Below, piece by piece: positions 48,844 through 58,793 of a stretch of 64,000 bases of DNA (position 1 is its first letter; each line of letters begins with the position of its first letter). This stretch comes from an uncultured Arcobacteraceae bacterium. GTDB taxonomy: Bacteria > Campylobacterota > Campylobacteria > Campylobacterales > Arcobacteraceae. Under the pieces are notes generated by a model. It was not told the DNA's origin, searched no databases, and saw only the letters and a program-made list of their open reading frames with translations. The DNA lies in contig CAXHZO010000006.1 of NCBI GenBank assembly GCA_964022095.1, positions 1-64,000 of the forward strand, read 5' to 3'. Both the position numbers and the translations under genes were made by a program.

Positions 48844-49568
48844 TTAGACTATTTTTAGGTTCTTTACTATTTATTTCAAGTTTATTTGCTCTAGATACAA
48901 CTTTAGATTTAACAAATTTTGAAGATAGACAAGCTGTAATTCAAGAAGTAAAAAAAATAGTTCTAAAAGAGGAGCAAGTTGCAAAATCATATGAAGAGTA
49001 TATTTTAGAAAACTATAACACTCCAAGTATGCTAAATCTTTTAGATTCTAATTATTTAGGAACATCTTTTTTAACACAAATTGATACAAACTATTTTAAT
49101 AATATATCTATAAGTTCAACTTCAACACTAAGTTATGCTTTAAAAACACAATTTAAAAGTGATGCATATATAAAAAGTCTGTATGAAAGTAATACTTTTA
49201 GAAAAAGAACATTTTATTCTAATAATAAAATAAGTTTTATTTTAAAAGATGATTTTGCTAAGCACTTAGTATATTTGATTCTAAATCAAACAACTGGCTT
49301 TGCAGGTATTGTTGATTGTACAACAATTGGGAGTAAATACTGCAAAAAAGGCGAAGATATTTATATTTATGATGATAAAGATAGAACAAATAAATTAATG
49401 TATTACTACAAAGGCAACTTTAAAACAGGTCCTATCATTATAACTTCAGATAAAACTTTACAAACAACAAATGAAGAGTTCGATTTTTTACCAAAAGGTG
49501 CAATTCTTTATGATGAACTTGGACTTAAGTATGTAAAAACATCAACTGGAATTGAGGATATACAATGA
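48840..49568 (+). CDS. Exported protein with shared PilV-like N-terminal domain
   Basis: Signal ending LFA; KEEQVAKSYEEY..P...L..NYLG..F motif. Confidence 0.55.
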   Translation: MIRLFLGSLLFISSLFALDTTLDLTNFEDRQAVIQEVKKIVLKEEQVAKSYEEYILENYNTPSMLNLLDSNYLGTSFLTQIDTNYFNNISISSTSTLSYALKTQFKSDAYIKSLYESNTFRKRTFYSNNKISFILKDDFAKHLVYLILNQTTGFAGIVDCTTIGSKYCKKGEDIYIYDDKDRTNKLMYYYKGNFKTGPIIITSDKTLQTTNEEFDFLPKGAILYDELGLKYVKTSTGIEDIQ

Positions 49569-50290
49569 AAATACTCATAGTACTTTTTTTATTTTCATCA
49601 ATACTTTTTGCACAGCAGTCACAAATTATAAGACAGCAAAATGTTTTATTTATTCAAAAAATAATTGAAAGTGAAGAAAAAATAGCAAGAAATTTTGAGA
49701 AGTATCTTCTTGAAAACTTCACTATTCCAACAATGGCAGAATTAAAAGTAAATGAATATTTAGGTGAAAATTTCTCTTTAGATAACAGATTTGGAAGCGA
49801 TCTAGCTTTTAAAAATAGTTTAAATCTTCAATTAACTTATGCAATAACAAGTGAAAAAGATGCAAATGATTATAAAAACCTTTTATATAATAGAGATTTA
49901 TATAGAGAAAATACAGTTGTATATTTAGAAAAAAACAGTTCAAATGAAATTAATTATACAAACTCATACACTGAAATTTTACTTCAAAGCAATGAAGCTA
50001 AAACTATTTTAGAAATTTTAAAAAGTGGAAATTCTATAGAATCAAGTTGCACAGATACGCTAATAAATAAATACTGTAATCAAAATCAAAGTGCTATAAG
50101 ATGGTACAATAGTAGTTCACAATGGATTGAATACAACAAAGAAGGATTTGATAAAGCAAGTGTTACAATCTCTACTACTAGTTTATTATTAGATAGTAGA
50201 TTAAGTGTATTACCAATTGGTACGTATATTTATTTAAATAATGGCTCACAATATGTGAAATTAAAAGATAGTATTTTAAAGGTGGATTAA
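49565..50290 (+). CDS. Exported protein, paralogue of 48840..49568
   Basis: Signal ending LFA; SEEKIARNFEKY..P...L..EYLG..F; shared C...YC and LP.G...Y...G..YVK tail. Confidence 0.55.
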   Translation: MKILIVLFLFSSILFAQQSQIIRQQNVLFIQKIIESEEKIARNFEKYLLENFTIPTMAELKVNEYLGENFSLDNRFGSDLAFKNSLNLQLTYAITSEKDANDYKNLLYNRDLYRENTVVYLEKNSSNEINYTNSYTEILLQSNEAKTILEILKSGNSIESSCTDTLINKYCNQNQSAIRWYNSSSQWIEYNKEGFDKASVTISTTSLLLDSRLSVLPIGTYIYLNNGSQYVKLKDSILKVD

Positions 50291-53176
50291 ATCAAAAAGT
50301 TAATTTTTTTAATATCAGTTTTCTTCTTTAATATTGTTCTAGCAAACTCTCAAAATGTAGCGATGATGAATAGCATAAAAAGTGTTATTCAAAAAGAAGA
50401 GTTTATTGCCATTGCTTTAAATAAGTATATTATTCAAAATCTTGAAATACCAAAAAAAGAAAATATTGTTACAAGTAAATATGAATTAGACTGGGATAAG
50501 ATGTTAGTTGATGAATATTTAGGAACTAACTTTAATAAGTACAATCCTATTTTAAAAAGTGATATATCAATTGAGTTTGATAGTAATAATAATGCATTTA
50601 TTAAAGGTGCAGTATCACAAGATAGCCAATATAATGAGAAGTACAACTATTTATATAATTTTTATATAAATAAAATATTTAGAGTAAATACAATTGCACC
50701 GGTTGATAATACTAAAGAAAACTTACTTAAAGGCTCTGAAGTTATCTATTCAGATTTTCAACAAGAGATTATAAACTTACTAAATGCAAATAAAACAGTT
50801 CTTTATCCAAGTCAAAATTGTACAGCTGGAGAATATTTTTATGAAGTTAATGATAATAAGTTGATTTATAAATATTGTAAATCATCATCTAGTAAAATAC
50901 AAGTATATCAAGAAGCTCCGGTATATGTTGAAGATGAAGCAGATTTAAATTATATAAAAACAAAAATTGGTTCAAAAGGTTATGTAAAGAAAAATGGATT
51001 TTGGTATGAATATTATTATCAAGCTGATACAGCTACTCCATGGTTACCAACAGGAAGTGGAACTGTCTTAACTCAAAACTCAGAAGACACAACTATTGAA
51101 GATAGAGTTTTATCATATATTCCTGATTCAAAAGCAATAACAATAAAAGAAGCAGGTGGCTGCATGCTAGCAAATGGTGATATTTTTTGTTGGGGAGATA
51201 ATAGTTATAAAAGAGCAGGTATAGAAAACTATGGACAAATAGATACATCACTAAGTCCTGATTATATAAATACACCTGTAATGTTAAAAGTTCAGATAAA
51301 TGATACCCAAAGAGCAAATAAAAAATGGTATAACAATCCATATAGAATCAAATTTGAATCAATGTTTATGAATGGTAAAAATGTATGTGGTACCTCTCCT
51401 ATTTATGATATTATTGGTACAAATGAAAAGTATGGTGGTGATTTATACTGTAATGGTAGTGTAGATGCACTATATTATGAAAATAATACGGGTTCAATCC
51501 AAACATCAATTTTAAGTAAGAATAGATATTTTGGTTGGGGTAAAGATGACTTTGAAGATAATGATCCAATACAGATAAAAGATGAAGAAGATGGTGGCCC
51601 AGATTCAAATGATAAGTTTATAAGAGATGAAATATATCTAAAAGATGTAGCTATGACTTCAGACACAATTGCTGTTTTATCTGATGATGGTAAAATTTAT
51701 ACTTTAGGTAGAAATTATAATGGTACTTTGGGTCTTGGAAGTGATGATAAATTTATAAATAATTATGAACCAAAACAAGTTGATGTAAATTCTGACGTAT
51801 TTTTTGATCAGATTTTTGTACTAAGAGATATTGATACTTTTGGGGCAATTGATAATAATAAAAACTTTTGGATTTGGGGTGAAAGGGAAGATGGTTACTT
51901 AAATAAACCAACAAGATTAAATGATAGTGGTTTGCAATTTGATCCTGATAAAATTTTTGTAAATAGTAAAGAGTTTTTATTGCAAAGTTTATCTTCAAAA
52001 GTTTTTTATAGAACAGATGCTCAAAAAGATATAGTATCAATAAGTTCAAGTAATATTGCACAAACAGCAATTAGTGCCACATTAATTGAAGAAAATGGTA
52101 CTTGGAAATATTTATATGTAGATGAAGATTTAGATTTAAAAGGTTCATCATCACTTTTAGCATGTGGAAGTAACACTGATACTTCATGCAGCACTATAGA
52201 AAGTAGTTTATTTACTTTTGCACTAGATACATTAAATACTGATTCAAATTTTTTAAATGTATCAACATATAAACTTGATGCTACAGTAGATGAAAGGTCT
52301 GAAGATTTTGAAGGATCAAGTACTAATGACTGGAAGGTAAATACATATAGTGATGATGCTTTTTCTACTTTAATTTCAAATGATAATCCAACTTTATATA
52401 ATCCAACTGAAAGTAGTTCTTCTGATGAAAAAGTAAGAGTTGATCCCACACAAATCTTAGGAAGATTTCAAATTGGAAATCAATCAGTTGATAAAGTATA
52501 TGATTTTGGAATTTCAAATGCAAATAGAAATATTGTTTTTGAATTTGATTTTTATGAAATAGATTCTTGGGATATGGAAAGGTTTAATGTAATACTAAAT
52601 GGTGAAGTATATACAGATGATGGATTCATTCATGATGATCACCCTGACTTTGCAGATGGTAATGATACAGGTATTTATACTTTAAATTTAGGATCAATGT
52701 ATGGAAGTAGTGAAGCGGCATCTAAAAATAATGATGAAAAATACCACTATAAGATAAAAGCTAAACTTGATAGTTTAGGTAAGCTAGATGTAAAACTAAG
52801 AGTTAGAAACTTGCAAAAAGGTGAATATGGCTATAACAAGTGGGCTTATGGTCAAACTTTAGGTGATGAGTCTTGGGGAATTGATAATATTAATATAAAA
52901 ATTAAAGAGATAAATAAACATTTTACCTGTGCTGTAACTGGATTAAATACAGATTCTCAGATGTATTGTTGGGGTGTTGTGGGACGAAGTATACCTATTT
53001 TAAGTACTTCATTATATAATATGGGTAAAATAAGTAGTTTAAATAAATTATTTATTTCAACTAAAGAAGATGAAAGTAAACAAATGTCTTTTGATCGTTA
53101 TGATATAAATGGAAGTTTGTTTTTAAAGTTCCCTACATACATAGGTGGATTTGACTATCCGTTTTATTTTAAATAA
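50291..53176 (+). CDS. Large exported putative tip adhesin: PilV-like N domain, RCC1-like repeats, lectin-like insert; probable ATC start
   Basis: In-frame 24-codon extension before ATG 50363 encodes signal IKKLIFLISVFFFNIVLA; GDIFCWGDN, GKIYTLGRN..GTLGLG, MYCWG repeats. Confidence 0.65.
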   Translation: MKKLIFLISVFFFNIVLANSQNVAMMNSIKSVIQKEEFIAIALNKYIIQNLEIPKKENIVTSKYELDWDKMLVDEYLGTNFNKYNPILKSDISIEFDSNNNAFIKGAVSQDSQYNEKYNYLYNFYINKIFRVNTIAPVDNTKENLLKGSEVIYSDFQQEIINLLNANKTVLYPSQNCTAGEYFYEVNDNKLIYKYCKSSSSKIQVYQEAPVYVEDEADLNYIKTKIGSKGYVKKNGFWYEYYYQADTATPWLPTGSGTVLTQNSEDTTIEDRVLSYIPDSKAITIKEAGGCMLANGDIFCWGDNSYKRAGIENYGQIDTSLSPDYINTPVMLKVQINDTQRANKKWYNNPYRIKFESMFMNGKNVCGTSPIYDIIGTNEKYGGDLYCNGSVDALYYENNTGSIQTSILSKNRYFGWGKDDFEDNDPIQIKDEEDGGPDSNDKFIRDEIYLKDVAMTSDTIAVLSDDGKIYTLGRNYNGTLGLGSDDKFINNYEPKQVDVNSDVFFDQIFVLRDIDTFGAIDNNKNFWIWGEREDGYLNKPTRLNDSGLQFDPDKIFVNSKEFLLQSLSSKVFYRTDAQKDIVSISSSNIAQTAISATLIEENGTWKYLYVDEDLDLKGSSSLLACGSNTDTSCSTIESSLFTFALDTLNTDSNFLNVSTYKLDATVDERSEDFEGSSTNDWKVNTYSDDAFSTLISNDNPTLYNPTESSSSDEKVRVDPTQILGRFQIGNQSVDKVYDFGISNANRNIVFEFDFYEIDSWDMERFNVILNGEVYTDDGFIHDDHPDFADGNDTGIYTLNLGSMYGSSEAASKNNDEKYHYKIKAKLDSLGKLDVKLRVRNLQKGEYGYNKWAYGQTLGDESWGIDNINIKIKEINKHFTCAVTGLNTDSQMYCWGVVGRSIPILSTSLYNMGKISSLNKLFISTKEDESKQMSFDRYDINGSLFLKFPTYIGGFDYPFYFK

Positions 53177-53184
53177 GGAAAAAT

Positions 53185-54837
53185 ATGCATAAAGTATTAA
53201 ACGTCACTCTTGTTATATCTATGGTTATTTCTTTTATAGGATGTAGCCCCAAAAGTTATCATAATGAAATGATTGATAATGCAAAGAGAAGTTTAGATAA
53301 AAAAGATTATGAGAACATTACAGAATCATATACAAAAGGTTTAGTAACTGAAGTTCCAAAACAAAAAGAGTATATATCAATATTAGAAGATAAATCTTTA
53401 GGAGATATTTTAAAAGAAATGGAACTTCTAGATAATAACTTTTATTTTCTAAAAAGTAGTGATATTCTTATTCCCAAAAGTAGAATCAAAATTCATAGTA
53501 TGAATGAATTAAATCAGTATTTAAATGCTGTTTTAGATAAAGAGCTATTTATTAAAAAAAGTGGGTCAATTTATCTTGTAAAGCTTTTAAATGTAAGTGA
53601 AACAAAAAAACTTTCTCTTGATAGAATTCCTTTTAAATTAGATGGTCAAATTTCAGTTGAAGAATTAATTAAATTAATAACTTCAGAATCTGGATATGAA
53701 GTATCAATTGGAAATTATATAAAAGATAGATTTGGTTTTCAAAATAGTATTGTAAATATTAGATCAAACAGTTTAAAAGATGCATTGAACTCTTTAGCCT
53801 ATGCAAAAAATGTTTATGTTGATGTTAATTATGACCAAGAGATGATAAATATTAGTAGATATAAAGATATGGTTGTTGAGTTAAATATTCCACTACTAGA
53901 TATAAAATCAACAAATGAAACATCAAGTCAAGAAACATCAGGTGAGAGTAGTATTAAAAATAGTTCACAAATTGTTTTATATGATGAGCTAGATAAAATG
54001 TTAAAAAATATTATATCGACAGATATAATTTCTACTTATCATATTGATAAAGCTAGTGGATTAATATTCTTAAAATCAACAAGAAGTGTTGAAAATGCAG
54101 TTAGAACTGTAGTAAAAGCATATGAAGCAAGTTTTGCAAAAGAAGCAACTATAGAGTTTGAAAGAATAGAGCTTGCTTTAAATAAAAGTAGAAAATATGG
54201 AATTGCTTCAATTACTGATAATAGACAAGGAAATACTGATTCTGGAGTATTAAAATCTCTTACAAGTGAAGGGGCAATTAGTTTTGCAAGTGATAATGCA
54301 ACTAGACTTCTTCAAGTAGCTGCAACTGCAAATAATGATATCGGTAAGGTTTTAAATTACAGTAAAAATGTTATTGTATTAAAAAATAATATTCCATCTG
54401 TTCAATCAATTAGTCAAAATACTGATTATATAGAAAAAATAGAAACAACAGTGACAGAAGGTGTTAGTACATCAGAAGCTACTGTTAACACTATAAAAGA
54501 TGGAACTTCTGTAACTGCTATGGCAAAAATTTCTAGAGATAAGATTTTTTTAAATCTTACTCCAACAATTAAAAGATTAATTAGTATCTCTGAAGCAAAA
54601 GTTGGAGATTCAACAATTCAACTTCCAGAGTATAATGACCAAAGTTATAACATTTCAAGAGAAGTTAAACTTGGTGAAACATCTATTGTAGGTTCTATTA
54701 TTATACATGATGATGCAAAAGAGTATCAAGGTATTTTACCTTTAGAAGGTTTTGCGGTTGGTGGAACAGATTCTAAATCATATGTAAGAAGAGAGATTAT
54801 TTATATAGTTACATTAAAGAATATTAAAGGCTTTTAA
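53185..54837 (+). CDS. Lipoprotein secretin (PilN/BfpB/MshL-like)
   Basis: Lipobox FIGC; N domains; C-terminal NN.P...., IFLNLTP, IQLP, KLGET..VG pattern; next to platform and ATPase. Confidence 0.75.
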   Translation: MHKVLNVTLVISMVISFIGCSPKSYHNEMIDNAKRSLDKKDYENITESYTKGLVTEVPKQKEYISILEDKSLGDILKEMELLDNNFYFLKSSDILIPKSRIKIHSMNELNQYLNAVLDKELFIKKSGSIYLVKLLNVSETKKLSLDRIPFKLDGQISVEELIKLITSESGYEVSIGNYIKDRFGFQNSIVNIRSNSLKDALNSLAYAKNVYVDVNYDQEMINISRYKDMVVELNIPLLDIKSTNETSSQETSGESSIKNSSQIVLYDELDKMLKNIISTDIISTYHIDKASGLIFLKSTRSVENAVRTVVKAYEASFAKEATIEFERIELALNKSRKYGIASITDNRQGNTDSGVLKSLTSEGAISFASDNATRLLQVAATANNDIGKVLNYSKNVIVLKNNIPSVQSISQNTDYIEKIETTVTEGVSTSEATVNTIKDGTSVTAMAKISRDKIFLNLTPTIKRLISISEAKVGDSTIQLPEYNDQSYNISREVKLGETSIVGSIIIHDDAKEYQGILPLEGFAVGGTDSKSYVRREIIYIVTLKNIKGF

Positions 54838-54839
54838 TA

Positions 54840-55856
54840 ATGAGTATGTTCTCTGATCCCTATGAGTCTTTTTTATTAGATTATTTAATCACAAAATTAG
54901 AAAATGGTTCTAATACAAGAAGAGCTTTAATTTTATATGGTGAGCAAATAACAAAAGAAACAAAATTTAAACAAAGACTAAAAGGTGCAATCAGAGATAT
55001 GGAGATTGGTAAGCACTCCCTTGAAGCAATCTTACATAAGCATAAATTTTTAAATGCATTTCAATATAGTTTAGTTGTTAATAGTACTAGTACTATTGAT
55101 GGACTAAAACTAGTTCAATCTTTTAAAAAAGCTAACTCAAATTTATTAGCAAAAATGATCAATCCAATATTTGTTCCTCTTGGAATTATAATTGGTACTT
55201 TTTATGGATTAATTTTATATTTAGGGATGTTAGAAAAAGAGGTGATTTCTTTAAAAAAATTAAACCCAGATGTTGAACAGTTTTTAGGAATACCTGGATA
55301 CTTTACATATAATGTTGCTTATATTGGCTTAGGTTTATCCATATTTGTTACTGCGTTTATATTTTTTGGATATATATATTGTGAGAAGTATAGACCAGCA
55401 TGGCTTTATGGGGTCTTTAAAACACAAGCTTTTTCAGATGGAAGATTTATGTTTAGAATCTTAAATGGTATGTTAAGTGCTGGTATTTCATTTCATAAAA
55501 CATCATTGATATTATCAAAAGATTATTTTAAAGTTGGATTAAGACCTTTTTTCCATGAACTATCAGATATTATTAGTAGAAATAAAAAGCTATTTCTAGT
55601 GTTTGAAAAATATAATTTTCCCACAATTATTACTGCTGATATTAAGCTTTCAGAATTAAGTAAAACTAGTTTTGCTGAAGTAACAAAGGCTTTATATGAG
55701 ACTTGTGATACAATGTATGAAAAAAATATCAATTATATGGTGTTACAGTGGAAGTTTTTCTTTTGGTTAATTGCTATGTTAATAACAGTAATTATTGGTT
55801 CTGATGTGATTAATCTTGTGATTAGTACATTTACATTTAAAACTTTATATCAGTAG
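54840..55856 (+). CDS. PilC/GspF-like inner-membrane platform protein
   Basis: Two cytoplasmic helical domains (LENG..., MLSAGIS) separated by TM segments; context. Confidence 0.7.
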   Translation: MSMFSDPYESFLLDYLITKLENGSNTRRALILYGEQITKETKFKQRLKGAIRDMEIGKHSLEAILHKHKFLNAFQYSLVVNSTSTIDGLKLVQSFKKANSNLLAKMINPIFVPLGIIIGTFYGLILYLGMLEKEVISLKKLNPDVEQFLGIPGYFTYNVAYIGLGLSIFVTAFIFFGYIYCEKYRPAWLYGVFKTQAFSDGRFMFRILNGMLSAGISFHKTSLILSKDYFKVGLRPFFHELSDIISRNKKLFLVFEKYNFPTIITADIKLSELSKTSFAEVTKALYETCDTMYEKNINYMVLQWKFFFWLIAMLITVIIGSDVINLVISTFTFKTLYQ

Positions 55857-55871
55857 GCAGAAAAAGTATAT

Positions 55872-57560
55872 ATGTTAACAGATTTTTTTAAAAATAAAAC
55901 ATCTTTAAAATTGTTAAAAAAATTAAAAGGTAATAAAAAAACAATATCTCCTAAAAAAACTTTTAATACAAAAACATTAACACAAGTTTTTAATGAACAA
56001 AAAGAATCACTTCTTAATGTTTTCAAATCAAAAGAAGATGCAGATGCAGATCTTGGGGTATTAATTGAAGATGTAATTAAAAATAAATTTGAACTTTCAG
56101 GTGGTTATGGAGATTTAATTGCTAATGAAGATAAGTATGAGGATTTTGTTAGAAGTTTAGGTTACGAATACTATGCAACATATAATGAACTATCAAAATA
56201 TTATCAAGATACATCCTTTCAATTAGATGAAAAGAAACTTGAGTTTTGTACAACTATGTATATTATTACTTTAGAAGATAAAAAAACTAAAAATAAGATC
56301 TTAGGTATAAGAGATGTTGTTAACTTAGACTTTGATGTATTAAGTAAGTTTTATTTTACAAAGATTGTTGTTTTAGGTGAGGGCGTATTATCTTCAGTAT
56401 TTGGTGAAGATAGAGAGATTATTTTTGGCTCAAATGCTGATACAGATAATGATGATGAAATCAATAAGTATTTTGATAAGATGATGGGGCAAGCTATTTT
56501 ATTAGGAGCTTCAGATATTCACATCCAAAAAACAAATAGATATGCAACATTGTGGTTTAGAATTGATGGTGTAAAAGTTGATATGGGTACTATGCCTATT
56601 GCAATTGCAAAAACATTAAAAAGAAGACTTGTAACTATGGCAGACCAAGAAGATTCAGATTATGAATCAATTAATGGTGTGATTAATTATGAGTATGGTA
56701 AAAAAACTATTAAGTTCAGACTTGGTTTGATTAACTCAAAACTAAACTTCTCTTTAGTTATGAGGATGATCGGTGGAAAAGGTGTTGTTTCTCATAAACT
56801 AGAGGGATTAAACTATCCAAAAGAGTCAGTTGATATTCTAAAAAACCTTACAAGATATGCCAATGGTATGATTCTTATTACGGGTCAAGTTGGTTCTGGT
56901 AAAACACACTTAATGTACGCACTTTTAAAACAATTAGCACAACAACAACAGTATGTAGTAACAATTGAAGATCCAGTTGAGTATGTGGATGATGCCTTCT
57001 TCCAAATTGATCTTTCAGAGTTTGCAAGTGCAAGTGATGAGTTTAAGTATGGTTACCCAGAAGCAGTTGTTGATATCTTAAGACAAGATTCAAATATCAT
57101 CCTAATTGGGGAAACAAGAGAACCTCAAACTGCATCACAACTTGTAAATGCATCAAACTTAGGTCAGTTAGTATTTTCTACTATGCATACCAACTCAGCT
57201 CCTGCAACAGTATCTAGAATGACAAGTTCACTTGGAATAAATGAAGGTGATATTGTCGATAACTTAAGAGGTATTGTATCTCAAAGACTTGTAAGAAAAC
57301 TGTGTGGCTACTGTAAAGTAGAAGATGAAGAAGGTGGTTATAAAAAAGTTGGATGTGATGAGTGTAATGATTCAGGATTTAAAGATAGGGTTCCTATTGC
57401 AGAAGTTGTAAGATTTAAAATTGGTCATGGTGGAGATTTTGAAAACCCTGCTGAGTATATGACAGTTGAGAAAGCATGTATGGCTCAATATCATGCTGGT
57501 CTTATTACAAAAGAAGATGCAATGGCAATTATTAGAGGGGAGGAAGTATGGTACGATTAG
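55872..57560 (+). CDS. PilB/GspE-family assembly ATPase
   Basis: ASDIHI, FRIDG, GQVGSGKT, TIEDPVE, LRQD..ILIGETR, STMHTN, SQRLVRKLC, tetra-Cys. Confidence 0.93.
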   Translation: MLTDFFKNKTSLKLLKKLKGNKKTISPKKTFNTKTLTQVFNEQKESLLNVFKSKEDADADLGVLIEDVIKNKFELSGGYGDLIANEDKYEDFVRSLGYEYYATYNELSKYYQDTSFQLDEKKLEFCTTMYIITLEDKKTKNKILGIRDVVNLDFDVLSKFYFTKIVVLGEGVLSSVFGEDREIIFGSNADTDNDDEINKYFDKMMGQAILLGASDIHIQKTNRYATLWFRIDGVKVDMGTMPIAIAKTLKRRLVTMADQEDSDYESINGVINYEYGKKTIKFRLGLINSKLNFSLVMRMIGGKGVVSHKLEGLNYPKESVDILKNLTRYANGMILITGQVGSGKTHLMYALLKQLAQQQQYVVTIEDPVEYVDDAFFQIDLSEFASASDEFKYGYPEAVVDILRQDSNIILIGETREPQTASQLVNASNLGQLVFSTMHTNSAPATVSRMTSSLGINEGDIVDNLRGIVSQRLVRKLCGYCKVEDEEGGYKKVGCDECNDSGFKDRVPIAEVVRFKIGHGGDFENPAEYMTVEKACMAQYHAGLITKEDAMAIIRGEEVWYD

Positions 57561-58297
57561 TAATAACTGATTTTGCTACAAAAGAAGATAATGAATCATT
57601 TTATTTAAATGACGAATTTGATTCGCAATCTCAAATCTTTACATACGACTCCTTTAAAAAAAATAGTGTATATCTTTCTAAATATGATGTTCACGATGAT
57701 ATATACTCTTTAAATTTGCTATCAAAGAAGCATCTAGATAAAAATCAATTCTTAATTCATATAGCTAATGGCGAGTTTATTATTTTATTTAATCACAAGA
57801 CAGTTTATTCTGCAAAAATAAATCAAAACTTTATTACAGATGATATGATTAAATCAATTTTAATTACTAAACATATAGTAATGCTTTCAAGTGGTGGTTC
57901 TATTGATAAGCTATACTATGTAATTAATTCTAGATATAAAAGTGCCATTGAAAATATTTTAAAACAAAACACAAGAAATGAAAAAGGTCAAATTGTAGCT
58001 CAACCCCTTGGTGAAATTAAAGATTTAGTTAAACCTTTAGTTGAATTAGACAGTATGAAAGGCCATGTTTTAAAAAATACCTTTTCATTAATTTTTGTTG
58101 CAGGAATTCTATGGACGATGTTTTATGGATTAGATATTCTTAGTAACAAGTTTTTAGGAAAAGAATCATTAAGCAGTCTTACACGAGAGTTAAAAGTTCA
58201 AAATAGATTAGTAAAAAGACAAGAAGTTTTATATAACAAAAGTATAAATGAGTATAAAAAACTAACTGAATGTATAACAACAGAAGGTACAAAATAA
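57548..58297 (+). CDS. Membrane-anchored accessory protein (alignment-complex-like)
   Basis: Cytoplasmic N domain, one TM near the C-terminus, coiled coil; follows ATPase. Confidence 0.45.
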   Translation: MVRLVITDFATKEDNESFYLNDEFDSQSQIFTYDSFKKNSVYLSKYDVHDDIYSLNLLSKKHLDKNQFLIHIANGEFIILFNHKTVYSAKINQNFITDDMIKSILITKHIVMLSSGGSIDKLYYVINSRYKSAIENILKQNTRNEKGQIVAQPLGEIKDLVKPLVELDSMKGHVLKNTFSLIFVAGILWTMFYGLDILSNKFLGKESLSSLTRELKVQNRLVKRQEVLYNKSINEYKKLTECITTEGTK

Positions 58298-58298
58298 A

Positions 58299-58793
58299 AT
58301 GGTTAGTATCAGTAAAAAAACAGTATCTTTAGTAGTAAAAATAGGTTTTACGGTATTAGTTTTATATACTGTTGGATTTATGTTTTATAAAATTGGAAGT
58401 TACTATAAAACATATTATGAAAAACAAAAACTAATGCAAGAACTGCAAATTAAGAAAAATGAAACAAGTAGTTTAAAAAGACAAATAAAAATCAATAAAG
58501 CTAGAATAGAAAGTGTTAAAAATAGTTATATATCAAAAGAGGAATTAGGTATAAAAATAAAAGATATTTTTCAAAGAATGTCTGTATTTGATTATGATTT
58601 AAGATATTTAGATGCAAAACAAATGTGTGTAGATAGATATATATTAGTAACTCAATTAACTTACCAAAGTGAAAATGGTAAAACTGCAGGTGAAGGTATT
58701 TTATCATATATAGGAGAAGTTCAAAAAAGTGATAAAAACGAAAGTTTATATTTTGTAGATTATATAACAAAACCAAAAGGTAATAGAAAATGA
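58299..58793 (+). CDS. Bitopic accessory protein (PilN/PilO-like architecture)
   Basis: N-terminal TM, coiled coil, small alpha/beta domain. Confidence 0.45.
   Translation: MVSISKKTVSLVVKIGFTVLVLYTVGFMFYKIGSYYKTYYEKQKLMQELQIKKNETSSLKRQIKINKARIESVKNSYISKEELGIKIKDIFQRMSVFDYDLRYLDAKQMCVDRYILVTQLTYQSENGKTAGEGILSYIGEVQKSDKNESLYFVDYITKPKGNRK

Noticed and set aside
49565-53176. Possible single gene split by a premature TAA at 50288
   Set aside because: The downstream part has its own signal peptide and its own copy of the N-terminal domain, and the upstream ORF matches the length and tail of paralogue 48840
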